A stretch of 64,000 bases of DNA from Macrostomum hystrix (lineage: Eukaryota > Animalia > Platyhelminthes), in NCBI GenBank assembly GCA_950097015.1, contig CATNEN010000003.1:8370001-8434000 (forward strand), in the 5' to 3' direction. Positions 10,840-23,791 of the stretch are shown piece after piece. The position numbers and the translations under genes were made by a program. The notes below the pieces were generated by a model that saw only the letters and a program-made list of their open reading frames with translations, was not told the DNA's origin and ran no database searches. Position 1 is the first letter of the stretch; each line of letters begins with the position of its first letter.

Positions 10840-12017
10840 AGCCGTAAAGACGGTCTCTTTTGACTCTCTTGGCCACTCTGTCCCTCGGGGCTGAGCATTT
10901 CATTAGCTGGTAGCCTGATATAGGTTACTAGTACCGAGCCGCGCTACCGGAGGTGGCCCTGGCGAATGGAATTAAAAAACTCCATATACTACTTTTCTTC
11001 ATTTTCTCAAAAATAGAATATCACGCTTTTTTCGACAAAAAACAATTTTTTTGGCGAATTAATCAAATTATTTTTCAGTTCATACCAATGGCCTATTCAG
11101 GCCGGAGGTCCAACCAAAGTGGTTTGTTTCAGCGGGGCTTCCCTTTAGAGCCTAAAGGAGTTCGGGGTTGCCTACGTTGCCAAATGGATGCTCCTTTGAG
11201 CCCATTGGCCCCTTGTTGCCCGTACAGGGGTCTAGTCGGGGGCCGGCTTTGCTCGAGGGCCGGTTCCTCGACTGAAGTTAACTCCGACGTCGCGGGTGGG
11301 GCCTTTTAGGCGCTTGGGGGCATCACAATTCTCCAATACTCGGGGGGTTCTCCGGCCCTCCTTGGTCGTCTGTCTGTGGTGCTGTGGCACGCAGGGGCCT
11401 CCTCCTTGGGACGGGAGTCCAAGCTTTGGGAGGTTCACTTGGCTCTCAATTTCCCCGGGAGTGGCTGCCAAGCTGCTTAATCCTGTAATTCCCGACCCGG
11501 GGGCGGCCTGGGTGGGTTGGGAGGCCCTCATTATACACTCAAAAATCATTTTCACTACTCAATACTTCTTCACTTCTCAAATACTTTTCTCCAGCTCCTA
11601 TGGGATGGGGTTGTCAGGGGGTCTCGAGAGTTGTCTTTGCGGCCAGATGCGTTTGTGCGTTTGTGCTTTCATGCGTTGCGGCCAAGCGTACCCAAATCCA
11701 ATGCATTGTGCATTTTCTTCATCCAACATTTTGCGTTCTCATCCAATACTTACCTTTTAACTCATGCGCATTTTTATTGTTTTATGCATTCCTCAAATAT
11801 CTTCGTTACTTCCAATCGTGTAAACTCCCCCCACACCAGCTACGCACTTGTTTTTTAGCTTTGTGTTATCGCACTTTACTGGTGTGGGGGAGTACCAACT
11901 TGACTTCGAATTTTCCAAAAATACTTCGACTTACCAAAAATAAATGGTATTACAGCGGCAGAGCCCCGGCTTGGGGCTGATCCGCGGGACTTGTCCCACT
12001 ACCACTGTAAAAAAAAA
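10840..12017 (+). mobile_element. ~1.18-kb non-coding putative retroposed element
   Basis: Ends in a GC-rich hairpin region plus an A9 tail; AAGTCGCA occurs at both flanks (10832-10839, 12016-12023); no recognisable protein. Confidence 0.45.
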
Positions 12018-12243
12018 GTCGCACAACTAATATGTTCGGCATTGGCTGGGGTAAAATGGTGGGTCTGAAGCCTCCCCTGTTCCTGGATAAAAAAACTGTA
12101 CACAGCATGTGGACAGGTGCTGTGATCTGACTGATTTCAGAAACAATAGTTTTATGTGATGACCGTCTAGTTTAAGTTAGACGAAAGTGGCACTGCTCCA
12201 GGAAGTCGTGAACTGTAACCATGGCAACCAACCAAAATCGCAG

Positions 12244-12563
12244 GCGCATTGGGTCTCTGGTCCAGCGCGTCGGTGTTGACTGTCTGCGAGCTTGTCGAAC
12301 TGGCCAGTCAGCTAGCCGGAGCTCTTCGAGAACGACTTCGACATCGGCGTCAACGTAGCAGCGATCAGTCTCCGAAGCGTCTGCAAAGCATTGACAATGT
12401 CCAGGAAGACTGCAGTGACAATCATTGCGATGATAATTGTACAATGACCGGTACGGCTTCAGACGTCAGACTTAATGCAAAAAGACCGATTCTCTTCTGC
12501 ATGAAGAGAACATTCTGTTTGACACAACTGTGCCGTAAAAGTACAAATTACTACGAATTTTAA
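12244..12563 (+). pseudogene. orphan terminal exon of a DEG/ENaC channel (TM2 + C-tail)
   Basis: After acceptor CGCAG: (G)ALGLWSSASVLTVCELVEL, similar to GLWIGVSVVTLCEFAE at 56643; no upstream ENaC exons found in the window. Confidence 0.6.
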
Positions 12564-12827
12564 TCATGTTCATGACTTAGAAAAATTGACCTGAACCTGT
12601 CCGAAATGGATTGGTTTCGAATAAGTGTTGAAAAGCGTTTTCAAAAGCTCGTATTTATCACGTAGTTTAACAAACCGCATTTTTACCCGATTATAAATGA
12701 TTTATTTGAATGCTACGAGCTGTAATTTCAGAAAGCATTGCTAAACAGAATCTGTAGCTCAAACTAACAATAAAAGAAAAATATTTTAGCCAACTAGTCA
12801 CACAAACTGTCGAACAGGTGATCACTT

Positions 12828-13245
12828 TCTAACAGGTTATTTCACTGTCTAACAGTTGGGTAACAGGTTATTCCACTGTCTAACAGTTGAGTAACAGGTT
12901 ATTCCACTGTCTAACAGTTGGGTAACAGGTGATTCCACTGTCTAACAGGTGAGAACACTGTCTAGCAGGTAAGAACACTCTCTAACAGTTGTGTAACAGG
13001 TAATTCCACTGTCTAACAGGTGAGTCCCCTGTCTAACAGGTTAGTCCCGCGTCTAACAGGTTAGTCCCGTGTCTAACAGGTTAGTCCCCTGTCTAACAGG
13101 TTAGTCGCGTGTCTAACAGGTTAGTCCCGTGTCTAACAGGTTAGTCCCCTGTCTAACAGGTTAGTCCCCTGTCTAACAGGTTAGTCCCGTGTCTAACAGG
13201 TTAGTCCCCTGTCTAACAGGTTAGTCCTGTGTCTAACAGGTGATC
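12828..13245. repeat. minisatellite, 20-bp GTCTAACAGGTTAGTCCCCT plus longer variant units
   Basis: Tandem units with TCTAACAG core. Confidence 0.9.
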
Positions 13246-13992
13246 CCCTAAAGGAAAAATGGGAGTGTTCACTGCCAGTGTGATGAAAGATAAAATTGTT
13301 GCCTGAATATATGCATATTTCTAAACCAAGTTGTTCTTAAAAAAACATCGATATTCTGCAGCAGAAGCAGCATCAGTGATGGATGGATAGATTCAACTTT
13401 TCAAACTACAGCTAGAAGTAGAAATACGGAATCAAAAGTTTAACATGTGTGTTTGTTGTGCTAAGTCAAACCTTAGTGGAAAAAATCTGTCAGTTTTTTG
13501 TCCAACACTGTCGAGTTATTTTGCCAGTCACTGGCGTGTAACTGACATGCTTGCCAACTAGAATTCTAATGTATTATTTTTTCACCTGCTCTAACGGACA
13601 GTGCTTTGCCAGGCCTAGATAGGGGTTATTTACGGGAGGTATTTTCGGGGCTAAGGTCTACTAATGAAGGCCGGTTTTTACACGCCCGAAATGTCTATGG
13701 TCAAAACTTGCTATATCTGTTCAGCTAAACTAGCTTAGCTTTGGCCATAGACACTTGGAGCGGACGAACATTGTGTAATATTTCACGTGCAGACTAAACC
13801 GTTGTTGCACGGTCTGTCTATGGGCACCCAAAAATTATACACTGCCAGTGGAGAATGCCAATAGCTTGCACCAAATGTGACTCCAAAAACATTGGTGCAC
13901 TAATAGCCATTCTTTACTACATCATTGCTTCGATTGCGAATGCAAAAAAGGATGAAATATGTTTTCTCAGCTCTTCGTGTGCCTCAGTCGGT

Positions 13993-14742
13993 TCAGTTGA
14001 AAGGAGAGGCGCATTCGCACAGAACCCGAAGCACGTTGGCGTCATTCCACTGCGCATCTGCGAGCTGGGTGTGAAGTCTGGATCGATAAACCGCATTCTG
14101 GTTGCCATTGTTCGGCTCTCCGCTGCCCCACAGGCTGGCGTCAAGGCTGATGTTGCAGGCGACCCAGTGCCAACCACCTGTCGGGTTGCCATCAGGACGG
14201 AAGCCTCCCAGCCAGAAATTCAGCCCAGCACTGTAGCTTGAGTAGATCTGGTCCACACGGCTCATCTCGGTAGCGTCGGTCACATCGGCCATGATCACCA
14301 GACCGCTCTCGGACTCGCACTTCTGCCTGCTCATCGACCAGTTCCCAGTGCCAGCGAGCAGCTTGTACTTCACTCCGCACAGGTCGTCCCCGTAGCCAGT
14401 CGGACACAGCTGGCCAGCCTCGAGTCCCAGCTGCTGCTTCACAAACACCTGGCCTCTCCTGGAGCAGCTGCAGTCCCTCACCGACTTGCTGCACTTGTCG
14501 AACACGAACAGCTGACACGGACCGTCAGCCATGGTGAAGGCCTGACAGCGCTGATTCAGGAAGCACAGACCAGCGCAAGAAAATGTAATAATTTCCAAGT
14601 GGGTCTCAACAAACTTCGAGTTGATGCAGAGAAAGCCCTCAGTGATGGTGAAGAATCCTGCGAAATCCCTCTGCGCCATTGAGCAGCTGAGCACGGAGCA
14701 GGTGAACAGCAGGACAGTCAAGCGACTGGCACCGAGCTTCAT
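13993..14742 (-). CDS. secreted PAN/apple-like + C-type lectin protein, copy A (intronless, 249 aa)
   Basis: Signal-peptide-like N-terminus; C-x3-C-x5-C..C PAN-like pattern; CTLD motifs FWLGG, WHW, WGSGEPNN, WND, LCE. Confidence 0.88.
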   Translation of the reverse strand: MKLGASRLTVLLFTCSVLSCSMAQRDFAGFFTITEGFLCINSKFVETHLEIITFSCAGLCFLNQRCQAFTMADGPCQLFVFDKCSKSVRDCSCSRRGQVFVKQQLGLEAGQLCPTGYGDDLCGVKYKLLAGTGNWSMSRQKCESESGLVIMADVTDATEMSRVDQIYSSYSAGLNFWLGGFRPDGNPTGGWHWVACNISLDASLWGSGEPNNGNQNAVYRSRLHTQLADAQWNDANVLRVLCECASPFN

Positions 14743-15404
14743 TCTGTCGTTGCCTTTCTAGTCAGTTCTAATCTTCCAGCAGCTAGACCGAATTGTGAAT
14801 ATGTTTTTCCGTTCTCAGGCAGGTGCTGCAGCGTCAGAAATCTGACTCCACAGATTTGCCTTCTGCTAATTTATTGAGCCGGCCAAGGATGCTGTCCTCA
14901 CAGTTGGTGCACAATGGGGATGCTTTTCGAGACCGTAAAATTCTATTGGCTGGTGGGTCTACTGTTTTCATCCTCCTAATAATTCTCAACGCATTTACTC
15001 ATCTATTCGCGTCTCATAGATAGATCGAAATGTCAAATGACCGAGCAGACACATCGGAACAGTGCTTATTTCCAGCGCTCTTGTCATCTCATGTCATTTC
15101 GGAATATTTTCCCCGTAATTAAAATTGCAGCAAAAACTCAGCTGGCAGTAATTCTGTTTGTTATTAAGATTTGAACCTTCTCTCAAAACTGGCCCACCTC
15201 TACCTCCCTAAAAAACCTTACTCTCTGTCGTATTCTCAGAACAGAGAGACTGTGCCAGCTTGTCCGTAGCCTAAGGGCTATTACTGGGACCTCCTGGATT
15301 CCCCTGCTCGACACCGCACAATGCCCACTGCATCTAGGTCACTTAAATCAAGAACCGGATGTGAAACCGTTTTAGATTGCTCGAAAATTTATATAATATT
15401 TGGA

Positions 15405-15745
15405 TGTGGGCCATGAGTAGTGGCACATAATTTCTGACTGTAGACCTGCAGCCAGCGAGGAGGCAATTCTGCCCATTTCGCTGACTCCTGGGCACACACG
15501 CACATAGATACTGTACGCAGGCATACGCTCACACAGGTTTGTATATCTGCCCTGACTCTCTAATTGTCAGGCAGTGTACACTCTCACTGTGCCTTGTAGG
15601 TTGGCCATCAAGGGCGTAAATTGCACAAGTCACCAAGCCTTCTCTCCGCGGCTGCGCCTCAAATGAATGTGGCCTCACCGCGGAATCGAGCTCAGAGACC
15701 TTGGTGCGAGAGGCGCACGAGTTAACCGCTCTGCCACTCACCCTC
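15405..15745 (-). mobile_element. SINE family B (tRNA-like head), near full length
   Basis: Reverse complement of 36860-37198; A-box TGGCAGAGCGG, B-box-like CTCGATTCC. Confidence 0.85.
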
Positions 15746-16662
15746 CTGATTACTCTAAAGGGTTATTCGTCTAACAAAATGTATCTGCAGCATCGATGAT
15801 GCTTTGAAACTGACTGCTTTCCAGAACTAAGCAGGCTAGAAAAAATGCATGCAGTCCTTTTGAAAGTGTACTCGCTCCAGTGCTTGAAATCTTCTAGCTT
15901 CTATTTTTTCGTGATGCTGCGACGCAGAGCTCAGGAAAAATATTCCAAACGTTTTTATCTTTCATCGACTCGGGTGACTGCGGTGAAGTGGCATTGTTCC
16001 GGATCACTCTGCAGTAATTGGTAACTGATAAAGAGCTGTCTGCCATTACCACTTCGCTGCACAAAACAGTAGCGATTATACTTTTTCATTTGGAAAGCAC
16101 AGGATACTTTTTTCAGGAACGCGGGTTAAAAAAATTCTATTTGTAGGCCAAATGGCGACCAGAATATCCTTAAAAAGAAAATCATAACTAACAGTTTTTG
16201 CACACTGCTTCGCAAAACTAATCCTCTAAGTTAGCGATCAACCATTGTTCGGTTTGAGCATGTTTTTTTTGCATATTTTTGCGTTTAATTTCAACAAAGC
16301 TGAGGTTCAATTTAGACAATTTGAAATTCAAATTAGACAAACTGCAGTCAGGTGTTTATTTTGGAAATAATTTTTAACTTTCTTCTTCTCCCATGGCTAG
16401 ATTTGGTTGGATTATTAATACGTTGAATTATCCACATTTGGATCTGCTAATCCAGACCAAATTAATCATCACTGATCCCTTCAGTCCGGAAAAGATCACA
16501 CCAGTTAAAAAAGTTTCCCTTAAAATATTCACTCGGACTCTTAGGCATATATTTTCTGTGCACCAACAAGTTTATCCTCAAATTTTATTAAACAGGCATA
16601 ATTAAACGAGCACTGTGGTTGCGGTAGTTAAATCGACTACACAATTTTACCCCCAATTTCAA

Positions 16663-17141
16663 CCCCCGGTGGCTACAACCCCTGTGACTACAACCCCTGT
16701 GGCTACAACCCCTGTAGCTACAACCCCTGTGGCTACAACCCCTGTGGCTACAACCCCTGTGGCTACAACCCCTTTGGCTACAACCCCGTCTAGCTACAAC
16801 CCCCTCTAGCTACAACCCCCTATAGCTACAACCCCCTCTGGCTACAACCCCCTCTAGCTACAACCCCTGTGGCGACAACCCATGTGGCTACAATCCCTGT
16901 GGCTACAACCCCTGTGGCGACAACCCATGTGGCTACAACCCCTGTGGCTACAACCCCTGTGGCTACAACCCCCTCTAGCTACAACCCCCTCTAGCTACAA
17001 CCCCCTCTAGCTACAACCCCCTCTAGCTACAACCCCCTCTAGCTACAACCCCCTCTAGCTACAAGCCTACAACCCCCTCTAGCCACAACCCCTGTGGCTA
17101 CAAACCCCTGTGGCTACTAACCCTGTGGCAACAACCCCTGT
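16663..17141. repeat. 15/16-bp minisatellite (GGCTACAACCCCTGT / AGCTACAACCCCCTCT)
   Basis: About 30 tandem units. Confidence 0.95.
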
Positions 17142-18013
17142 CTTAGCATTGATCAAAGCACTGCCCGATCTTAAAGGCAAAATGTAGGACAGAATGTACG
17201 TGTAACCAAGCTGGCGAACTAAAGCAATAAATTAAAAAGTTAAGCAGCCTGCTCCAGGACGTTAACAATATTTTCCCGAGCTGAGACTCGAACTCCAGAT
17301 GTCTCGGTTAGAAATCCAAAGCAATACCCAATATTTTAAATCTTAGCTTCAAAGCAACAACAGCAACAACAACAAAAAGCGAAGCTCCATTGTCAGATTG
17401 CGCGCTGCAGAATCAGAGAGAAACGACTTTACCGTATCGCCCTAGTTGCGCCACTTATTTATAAAAAATAAAATTACTGTTGGGTATGAAGCTTTTTGAA
17501 TATTACTCGTACTAGTCAAATTTTGGTTTCTGAATTTTAATAAGTAAAGGAGAACTACTTATCGTTTATCCTACTTTGAGTAGTACTTAATTCCAGATAT
17601 ACTCGTACATGTTCATCTTTTAAAGCAGCTTTCGTTATCGCTACCGCTAATTTCGCTATTGTTCTTTAACGCTGCAAAGAAGACCAGACAATAGACTCTA
17701 TTCCAGACTGCTAAGCTGATAAGTAATCTTGTAAAGCAATGTTTCTGTACTGTATTAATTGGCTTAAACCAATAAATAAACCTATTAAGGTGCAATTCGT
17801 ACTTGGTCTAAAACTAAAACTACAGACCGCTGTAGATAATTGCTATTCCATCCCATCAAATCTAGTGCTTCATCTGATTGGATCGTGTGACTGTGTGCCA
17901 CAGCCCACTAAATATATCAGCAGCTGTCACATGTTCCCCACAGCATAAAAGGAGAACTGAATCTGTTTAGTCAGTAGGCTGAAACAAGCTGCTGTCTTTT
18001 ACAATAAAGCAAA

Positions 18014-18748
18014 ATGGAACTGCCACTACTGCTGCGGCTGCTAGTTCTTCCACTATTCTGCTCTTCACTGGGGAATGTCTGCGAGTATTATAGGGTTGTC
18101 GGCCTGCTTTGCATCCGGCCTGCGTTCACAAGAACCATGTTCCACGTTCGTTCCAAGATATTGTGCTCTGACTGGTGCAGCAGGGAGCACCATTGCCAGG
18201 CCTTCACCATGGCTGACGGTCCGTGTCAGCTGTTCGTGTTCGACAAGTGCAGCAAGTCGGTGAGGGACTGCAGCTGCTCCAGGAGAGGCCAGGTGTTTGT
18301 GAAGCAGCAGCCGGGACTCGAGGCTGGCCAGCTGTGTCCGACTGGCTACGGAGACGACCTGTGCGGAGTGAAGTACAAGCTGTACTCTGGCACTGGGAAC
18401 TGGTCGATGAGCAGGCAGAAGTGCGAGTCCGAGAGCGGTCTGGTGATCATGGCCGATGTGACCGACGCTTCCGAGATGAGCCGTGTGGACCAGATCTACT
18501 CAAGCTACAGTGCTGGTCTGAATTTCTGGCTGGGAGGCTTCCGTCCTGATGGCAACCCGACTGGCGGTTGGCACTGGGTCGCCTGCAACATCAGCCTTGA
18601 CGCCAGCCTGTGGGGCAGCGGAGAGCCGAACAATGGCAACCAGAATGCGGTTTATCGATCCAGGCTTCACACCCAGCTCGCAGATGCGCAGTGGAATGAC
18701 GCCAACGTGCCTCGGGTTCTGTGCGAATGCGCCTCTCCTTTCAACTGA
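18014..18748 (+). CDS. secreted PAN/apple-like + C-type lectin protein, copy B (intronless, 244 aa)
   Basis: Signal peptide MELPLLLRLLVLPLFCSSLG; from ~18194 to the stop nearly identical to copy A; EPN and WND motifs; AATAAA at 18771. Confidence 0.9.
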   Translation: MELPLLLRLLVLPLFCSSLGNVCEYYRVVGLLCIRPAFTRTMFHVRSKILCSDWCSREHHCQAFTMADGPCQLFVFDKCSKSVRDCSCSRRGQVFVKQQPGLEAGQLCPTGYGDDLCGVKYKLYSGTGNWSMSRQKCESESGLVIMADVTDASEMSRVDQIYSSYSAGLNFWLGGFRPDGNPTGGWHWVACNISLDASLWGSGEPNNGNQNAVYRSRLHTQLADAQWNDANVPRVLCECASPFN

Positions 18749-21339
18749 ACCGCCTGGTTCAGTGCAAAGGAATAAAGTCGCACTGCTTGGAAGGCCACCG
18801 GATCGACGGTGGTCTTTGATTCCGTCCTCTGCTTGGAGATCTTGTGGCTGTCCAAAACAAATGAACATCAAATGTTTGTGGGCTATAGAATCGTATTTAT
18901 GCTAAAAAACGAACCCCTGCATGTTAACGATTATAACAAATACGAGCCAATTAAAAATAAAATGATTCAAATCTTCGCAACATCTGTGGCCAAGTAAACG
19001 AGTAGGGAAACTGCGATTTAATCATGTGAATCAGTATATACTCGTATCGTGATTAGCCAGGTAATAACAAGACGAAAAATACTGTTAGCTGTTGAAATCC
19101 TCGTAAATCCTTAACTTCGTTGCAATGTAATAACAAGGGGATTATGCGCATCTTTAAGTAATATAACTCGGCGTATTTACTTGTGTCCATCACATTAGTG
19201 CACGTCAGGAGCTACTTGAAGTAGCATCTGCATCATTTAACCCTGATACACAAATACTAGAATAAAAATAGTGCTTAGAACTATAAAATTTTTCTTAGTA
19301 AATGTTTGTTAAAATAAGCTGGATCTAAAATATATATTTTGTAATAAAATTTTGTTGCCAATTGCTAATAAAAAACTGTATAAGCAAGGAATTTTTTGAG
19401 AGGAAAGTCATCTTCTAGTGCCTTCGGGACAACTTTCCTTGCAAACAAGTGAACAAACACACCACTTAAAATCCGAGGAAAGGAGAAAGAAAAGGTTTTT
19501 GAGAATTAGTTCTTCAGAATCTTTACCTGAGCAGAGAGAGTATTCAGAGAGTGAGAAAGATTTACCTGAACAGGAGAGTTCAGAGGATATAAAGACAGTG
19601 GACCTGAATAGAATATTTAGAGGATAACCAAAGTACTCGTAATTCCCGAAGAAGTATTTTCGGAGAGTATAAAATACTCAGATTTCGGAGTCTATCTATA
19701 GGTGTTAAAAGGCCTATTGCTGTGACCCTCTAATCCACAGGTACTCCTGACGGATTGAGTGCATAACCGGTGCCAAAAGACCTCTCAGGCCACGTATACA
19801 CATACAAGAGAGAGAAAGAGAGAGAAACGCTGCCCTAGAAAAATAAAAGTGCATTTAGTAGTATAAATAAGTAATATCCTAGGAACATTCCTCTGATAGC
19901 AGTCCCTTCTGCTAAGTGGCAGCGCTAGTGACTTTAGTAACTAGAAGGTAAGATTGGTATCGATGAGAGTAGAGACAGTAATAGTGAGAGTGTAACATTA
20001 CAGTCGAGAATATTAAAGAGAGAGCCCTGTAGTAACAGCAATTCTGACTGTCATTAATCACTCTCTGGGAGCTGGAACGTAGCCAAACACCTGGGGTCCC
20101 AAAATCGCATAATTTATGACAATGAAGATGTATTAATAGAAGAAAACTTCCTGAAAATTTCTCAGTTTAATTAGTAAATTTTTTATAAATTTAATTGTCT
20201 GTTAGCACGCGCAGCAATGGTTTTGGTTTTTAAGCCTAACAAGGCATGCATCATGAGAGACAGGTGACGGTTTGAAGTTTGGAGGTATAGGCAGCGTAAG
20301 GAAGAATGCCTGAAACTGGCTTATGCATAAACATGGTTAACATTGCTTACAATTTTAAAATTTTACATTTAATTGGTGCCCGAAAATAGCATGCAACTTC
20401 TTATTCAACCCTAATTTTCATTGATTGGATTTTATTTCTGATAAAACTAATGATTTGAAAAGCTGCAAATGATCATCAAGATCATTCAACATTGTATTGA
20501 ATAAGCATCAACAACTATATATCCATATCTACAGCAATAGATCTCTATTCAAATGGTGACAAGCACTCGCATAGACCTGAAATATTTCAATTCGTCTCTG
20601 CCAGGTCGCAGAGAAACCTGGCTGCGAATGTGGCGTCTTCAGAGCCGCCATTGTTGTTCGGTTCCATGCTGCCCCACAGTCCGCTGTCGATGCCCGGTGG
20701 GACATTACTATACGCCCCCTCTGTACGCCCCACCCTGCGCCCCCCGCCGCGCGCCAGGCGCCTGGGCGTACGGTTTGGCCAACGGCGCAGGGTAACTAAA
20801 ATTCGGCGCAATTTCCTCACAGTCTACTGTTAGTAGGCTGTGCTGTATTTTTTGAGCGCCGTAAAAAGCCTAGCAGCAGGTCCGCTCCTGCCCAGCACCT
20901 CCGCTCGCCACGCTGCCCCCTCCCTCCTGACCATGTACTTTTCATACGTATGTTTCATTTTGTTGTATGCATGCCGTATATACTCGTATAAAGCGGCAGT
21001 CACTTTAAATAAATACGAGCTCGTAATATTGAACATGCTCATGTTAATTTTCTATTCGTCACCGCTATAAATGGTTTACGAATATGTCTCTTCTAGTCTC
21101 ATTAAATACTTTTGACGCAGCTAAAGGTACAAATTTATTATCAAGTTCAAAGCGAATATGCATATGAAACATGTTATAAAGCGCATTCAGAAAGTGAAAA
21201 GCCACGATTGAAAAGAAGAGTAACAGAAGAACATAAATCATTTATATTGCAATGTTTTAGAGTGTCATCATGCAAAGACAGTACGGTGTTTCGTTTTTAA
21301 GTAAATACAAAGCACGAAAATTAGTCCAAATTTTGTTCC

Positions 21340-21520
21340 TGTCATGCCAGCTCTGCCAGTCGTCCCTGCCATGCCACCTGCGCCAGTCGTCCGTGATGCC
21401 ACCTGCGCCAGTTGTCCCTGTCATTCCACCTCCGCCAGTTGTCCCTGTCATGCCACCTCCGCCAGTTGTCCCTGTCATGCCACCTCCGCCAGTTGTCCCT
21501 GTCATGCCACCTCCGCCAGT
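21340..21520. repeat. 27-bp minisatellite (GCCAGTTGTCCCTGTCATGCCACCTCC)
   Basis: About 6 tandem units. Confidence 0.9.
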
Positions 21521-21863
21521 CGACCATGTCTGCGCTTGAGATTCCACTAGCTCCTCCGAACATCCGAAAAAGTCGTCAGTGTCGCACGCAAAACCAGTGG
21601 ATATGTCCTGTTAGGTCGGATAAGTTGGAGGATAAATAAGTCAAGAAAAGGTTGGGGTTACTGACATTGGATTACAGTGATTGATTATCGATAATAGTGA
21701 TTGATAATCGACTGGGGTTATTTATTGTACTGAGATAGGTAGATGTGTGTGCGTGAAAGAGAGAGACATGGATAAAAAGAGAGAGTGGACAGACAAAACA
21801 GATTGTAACTAAAAATGAATAACTTGACTTTTAAACAGCAAAAATATAACATGAGGGTTCATG

Positions 21864-22545
21864 AGGATGAGAATCTAGGATGAGAATCGAGGATGAGAAT
21901 CTAGAATGAGAATCTAAGATGAAAATCTTGGATGAGAATCGAGGATGAGAATCGAGGATGAGAATCGAGGATGAGAATCTAGAATGAGAATCTAAGATGA
22001 AAATCTTGGATGAGAATCGAGGATGAGAATCGAGGATGAGAATCGAGGATGAGAATCTAGGATGAGACTCTTGGATGAGAATCTAGGATGAGAATCTAGG
22101 ATGAGAATCTAGGATGAGAATCTTGGATGAGAATCTAGGATGAAAATCTTGGATGAGAATCTAGGATGAGAATCGAGGATGAGAATCTAGGATGAAAATC
22201 TTGGATGAGAATCTAGGATGAGAATCGAGGATGAGAATCTAGGATGAGAATCGAGGATGAGAATCTAGGATGAGAATCTAGGATGAGAATCTTGGATGAG
22301 AATCTAGGATGAGAATCTAGGATGAGAATCTAGGATTAAAAATCTTGGATGAGAATCGAGGATGAGAATCGAGGATGAGAATCTAGGATGAGAATCTAGG
22401 ATGAGAATCGAGGATGAGAATCTAGGATGAGAATCTAGGATGAGAATCTAGAATGAGAATCCAGGATGAGAATCTAGGATGAGAATCTAGGATGAGAATC
22501 GAGGATGAGAATCTAGGATGAGAATCTAGGATGAGAATCTAGGAT
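21864..22545. repeat. 13-bp minisatellite (GGATGAGAATCTA)
   Basis: About 50 tandem units. Confidence 0.95.
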
Positions 22546-23791
22546 AATCGATGGATAATCGATGGACACCACTGCAGGCCACCCAACGCCAGCCACCGTC
22601 GGGTTCCGCACTCCCCAGTGTCTGAAAGCCGCCAACCCACAGCCAGACGCCTCTAGCAGTCGTGTTGTAAATGAGTCCAATGTGAGACAACTCACTGCTG
22701 CTTGTCACATCGGCGAAGATCAACAAACCGCTCTCGGACTCGCATCTTTGTCTCTGCACTGACCAGCTCCCTGTGGGCTGCACCATGTACTTCACTCCGC
22801 ACAGGTCGTCTCCGTAGCCAGTCGGACACAGCTGGCCAGCCTCAAGTCCCGGCTGCTGCTTCACAAACACCTGGCCTCTCCTGGAGCAGCTGCAGTCCCT
22901 CACCGACTTGCTGCACTTGTCGAACACGAACAGCTGACACGGACCGTCAGCCATGGTGAAGGCCTGGCAGCGCTGCTGCCTGCTGCACATCATCGAGCAC
23001 TCGATCTCCGATCTGAGTTTGACCATGTGCCAGTCGAGTTTGCAACAGCAGTACCGGCAGCTGAAGCATTATTTTCAAAGTCATCGTTTTTATCACATAT
23101 TGCGCAATCGCCATAGTTTTAAGATGAGTAGCTCGTTTTGATGTAATCATGCAGCTCTAAGTCATAAAAATTGTCTAGATAGCTATTTATTCTGCTTAAA
23201 AGAAAACTTAGAAATGCAACGTTTTTTTCTCGCAGGTAAAATCCTTATTGGTCGGAGCAACACCAGCAAATATGTATGCTTCTACATATGTAGTGAATTT
23301 TTGAGAGAAAAGTACGACAAAATTCTAAAATTTTTCGTAACATAGCAGTAGCACATATGCACACGCTCATGCTGTTACGTAAATGTACAGAATTTAAATA
23401 TAGAATGGGATTCAGGATAAAGATTCTTACGTATAGATAAAAATATGCTCAGAACTATTTCACTTTTAAGGCTTTTCTGTGTATTCTGTGGCTTTTCTGT
23501 TGATGTGATATTTCTAATTTCTGAGTGTAGAATTTTCATTACCAATGTCCTAATGTTATCAACTAATGACGACAAAATTATCATATAGCTTCATGGGGAC
23601 CAAAGTTAACCTAGACTTTTCGCTTTGACCATAGACATGGGTCCGTCTAAGACTGTCAACTCCAAAGTAATTCGCCGAGGGGAAGAACGTGCCATTTTAA
23701 TAGCCGCACTGACCGACCAAAGGCGGCTATTTTCGGCTTTCAAGCGGAAATATTAAATTACTATTGTACGAGCATACGGTGTGACGGCATC

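Larger units (their letters stand above)
20545..23090 (-). pseudogene. PAN + C-type lectin copy C, split by ~1.86-kb insertion (20705-22563)
   Basis: 5' part (23090-22564) has the shared core and WLWVGGF..WRWVACSGV; 3' part (20704-20545) reads PPGIDSGLWGSMEPNN..ETN*NISGLCECLSPFE; in-frame TGA at 20587-20589; signal-like peptide is out of frame. Confidence 0.8.

Noticed and set aside
19010-20400. Possible LTR/PBS remnants (TGGTATC at ~19956, TGGTGCC at ~20374)
   Set aside because: No paired LTR and no gag/pol motifs
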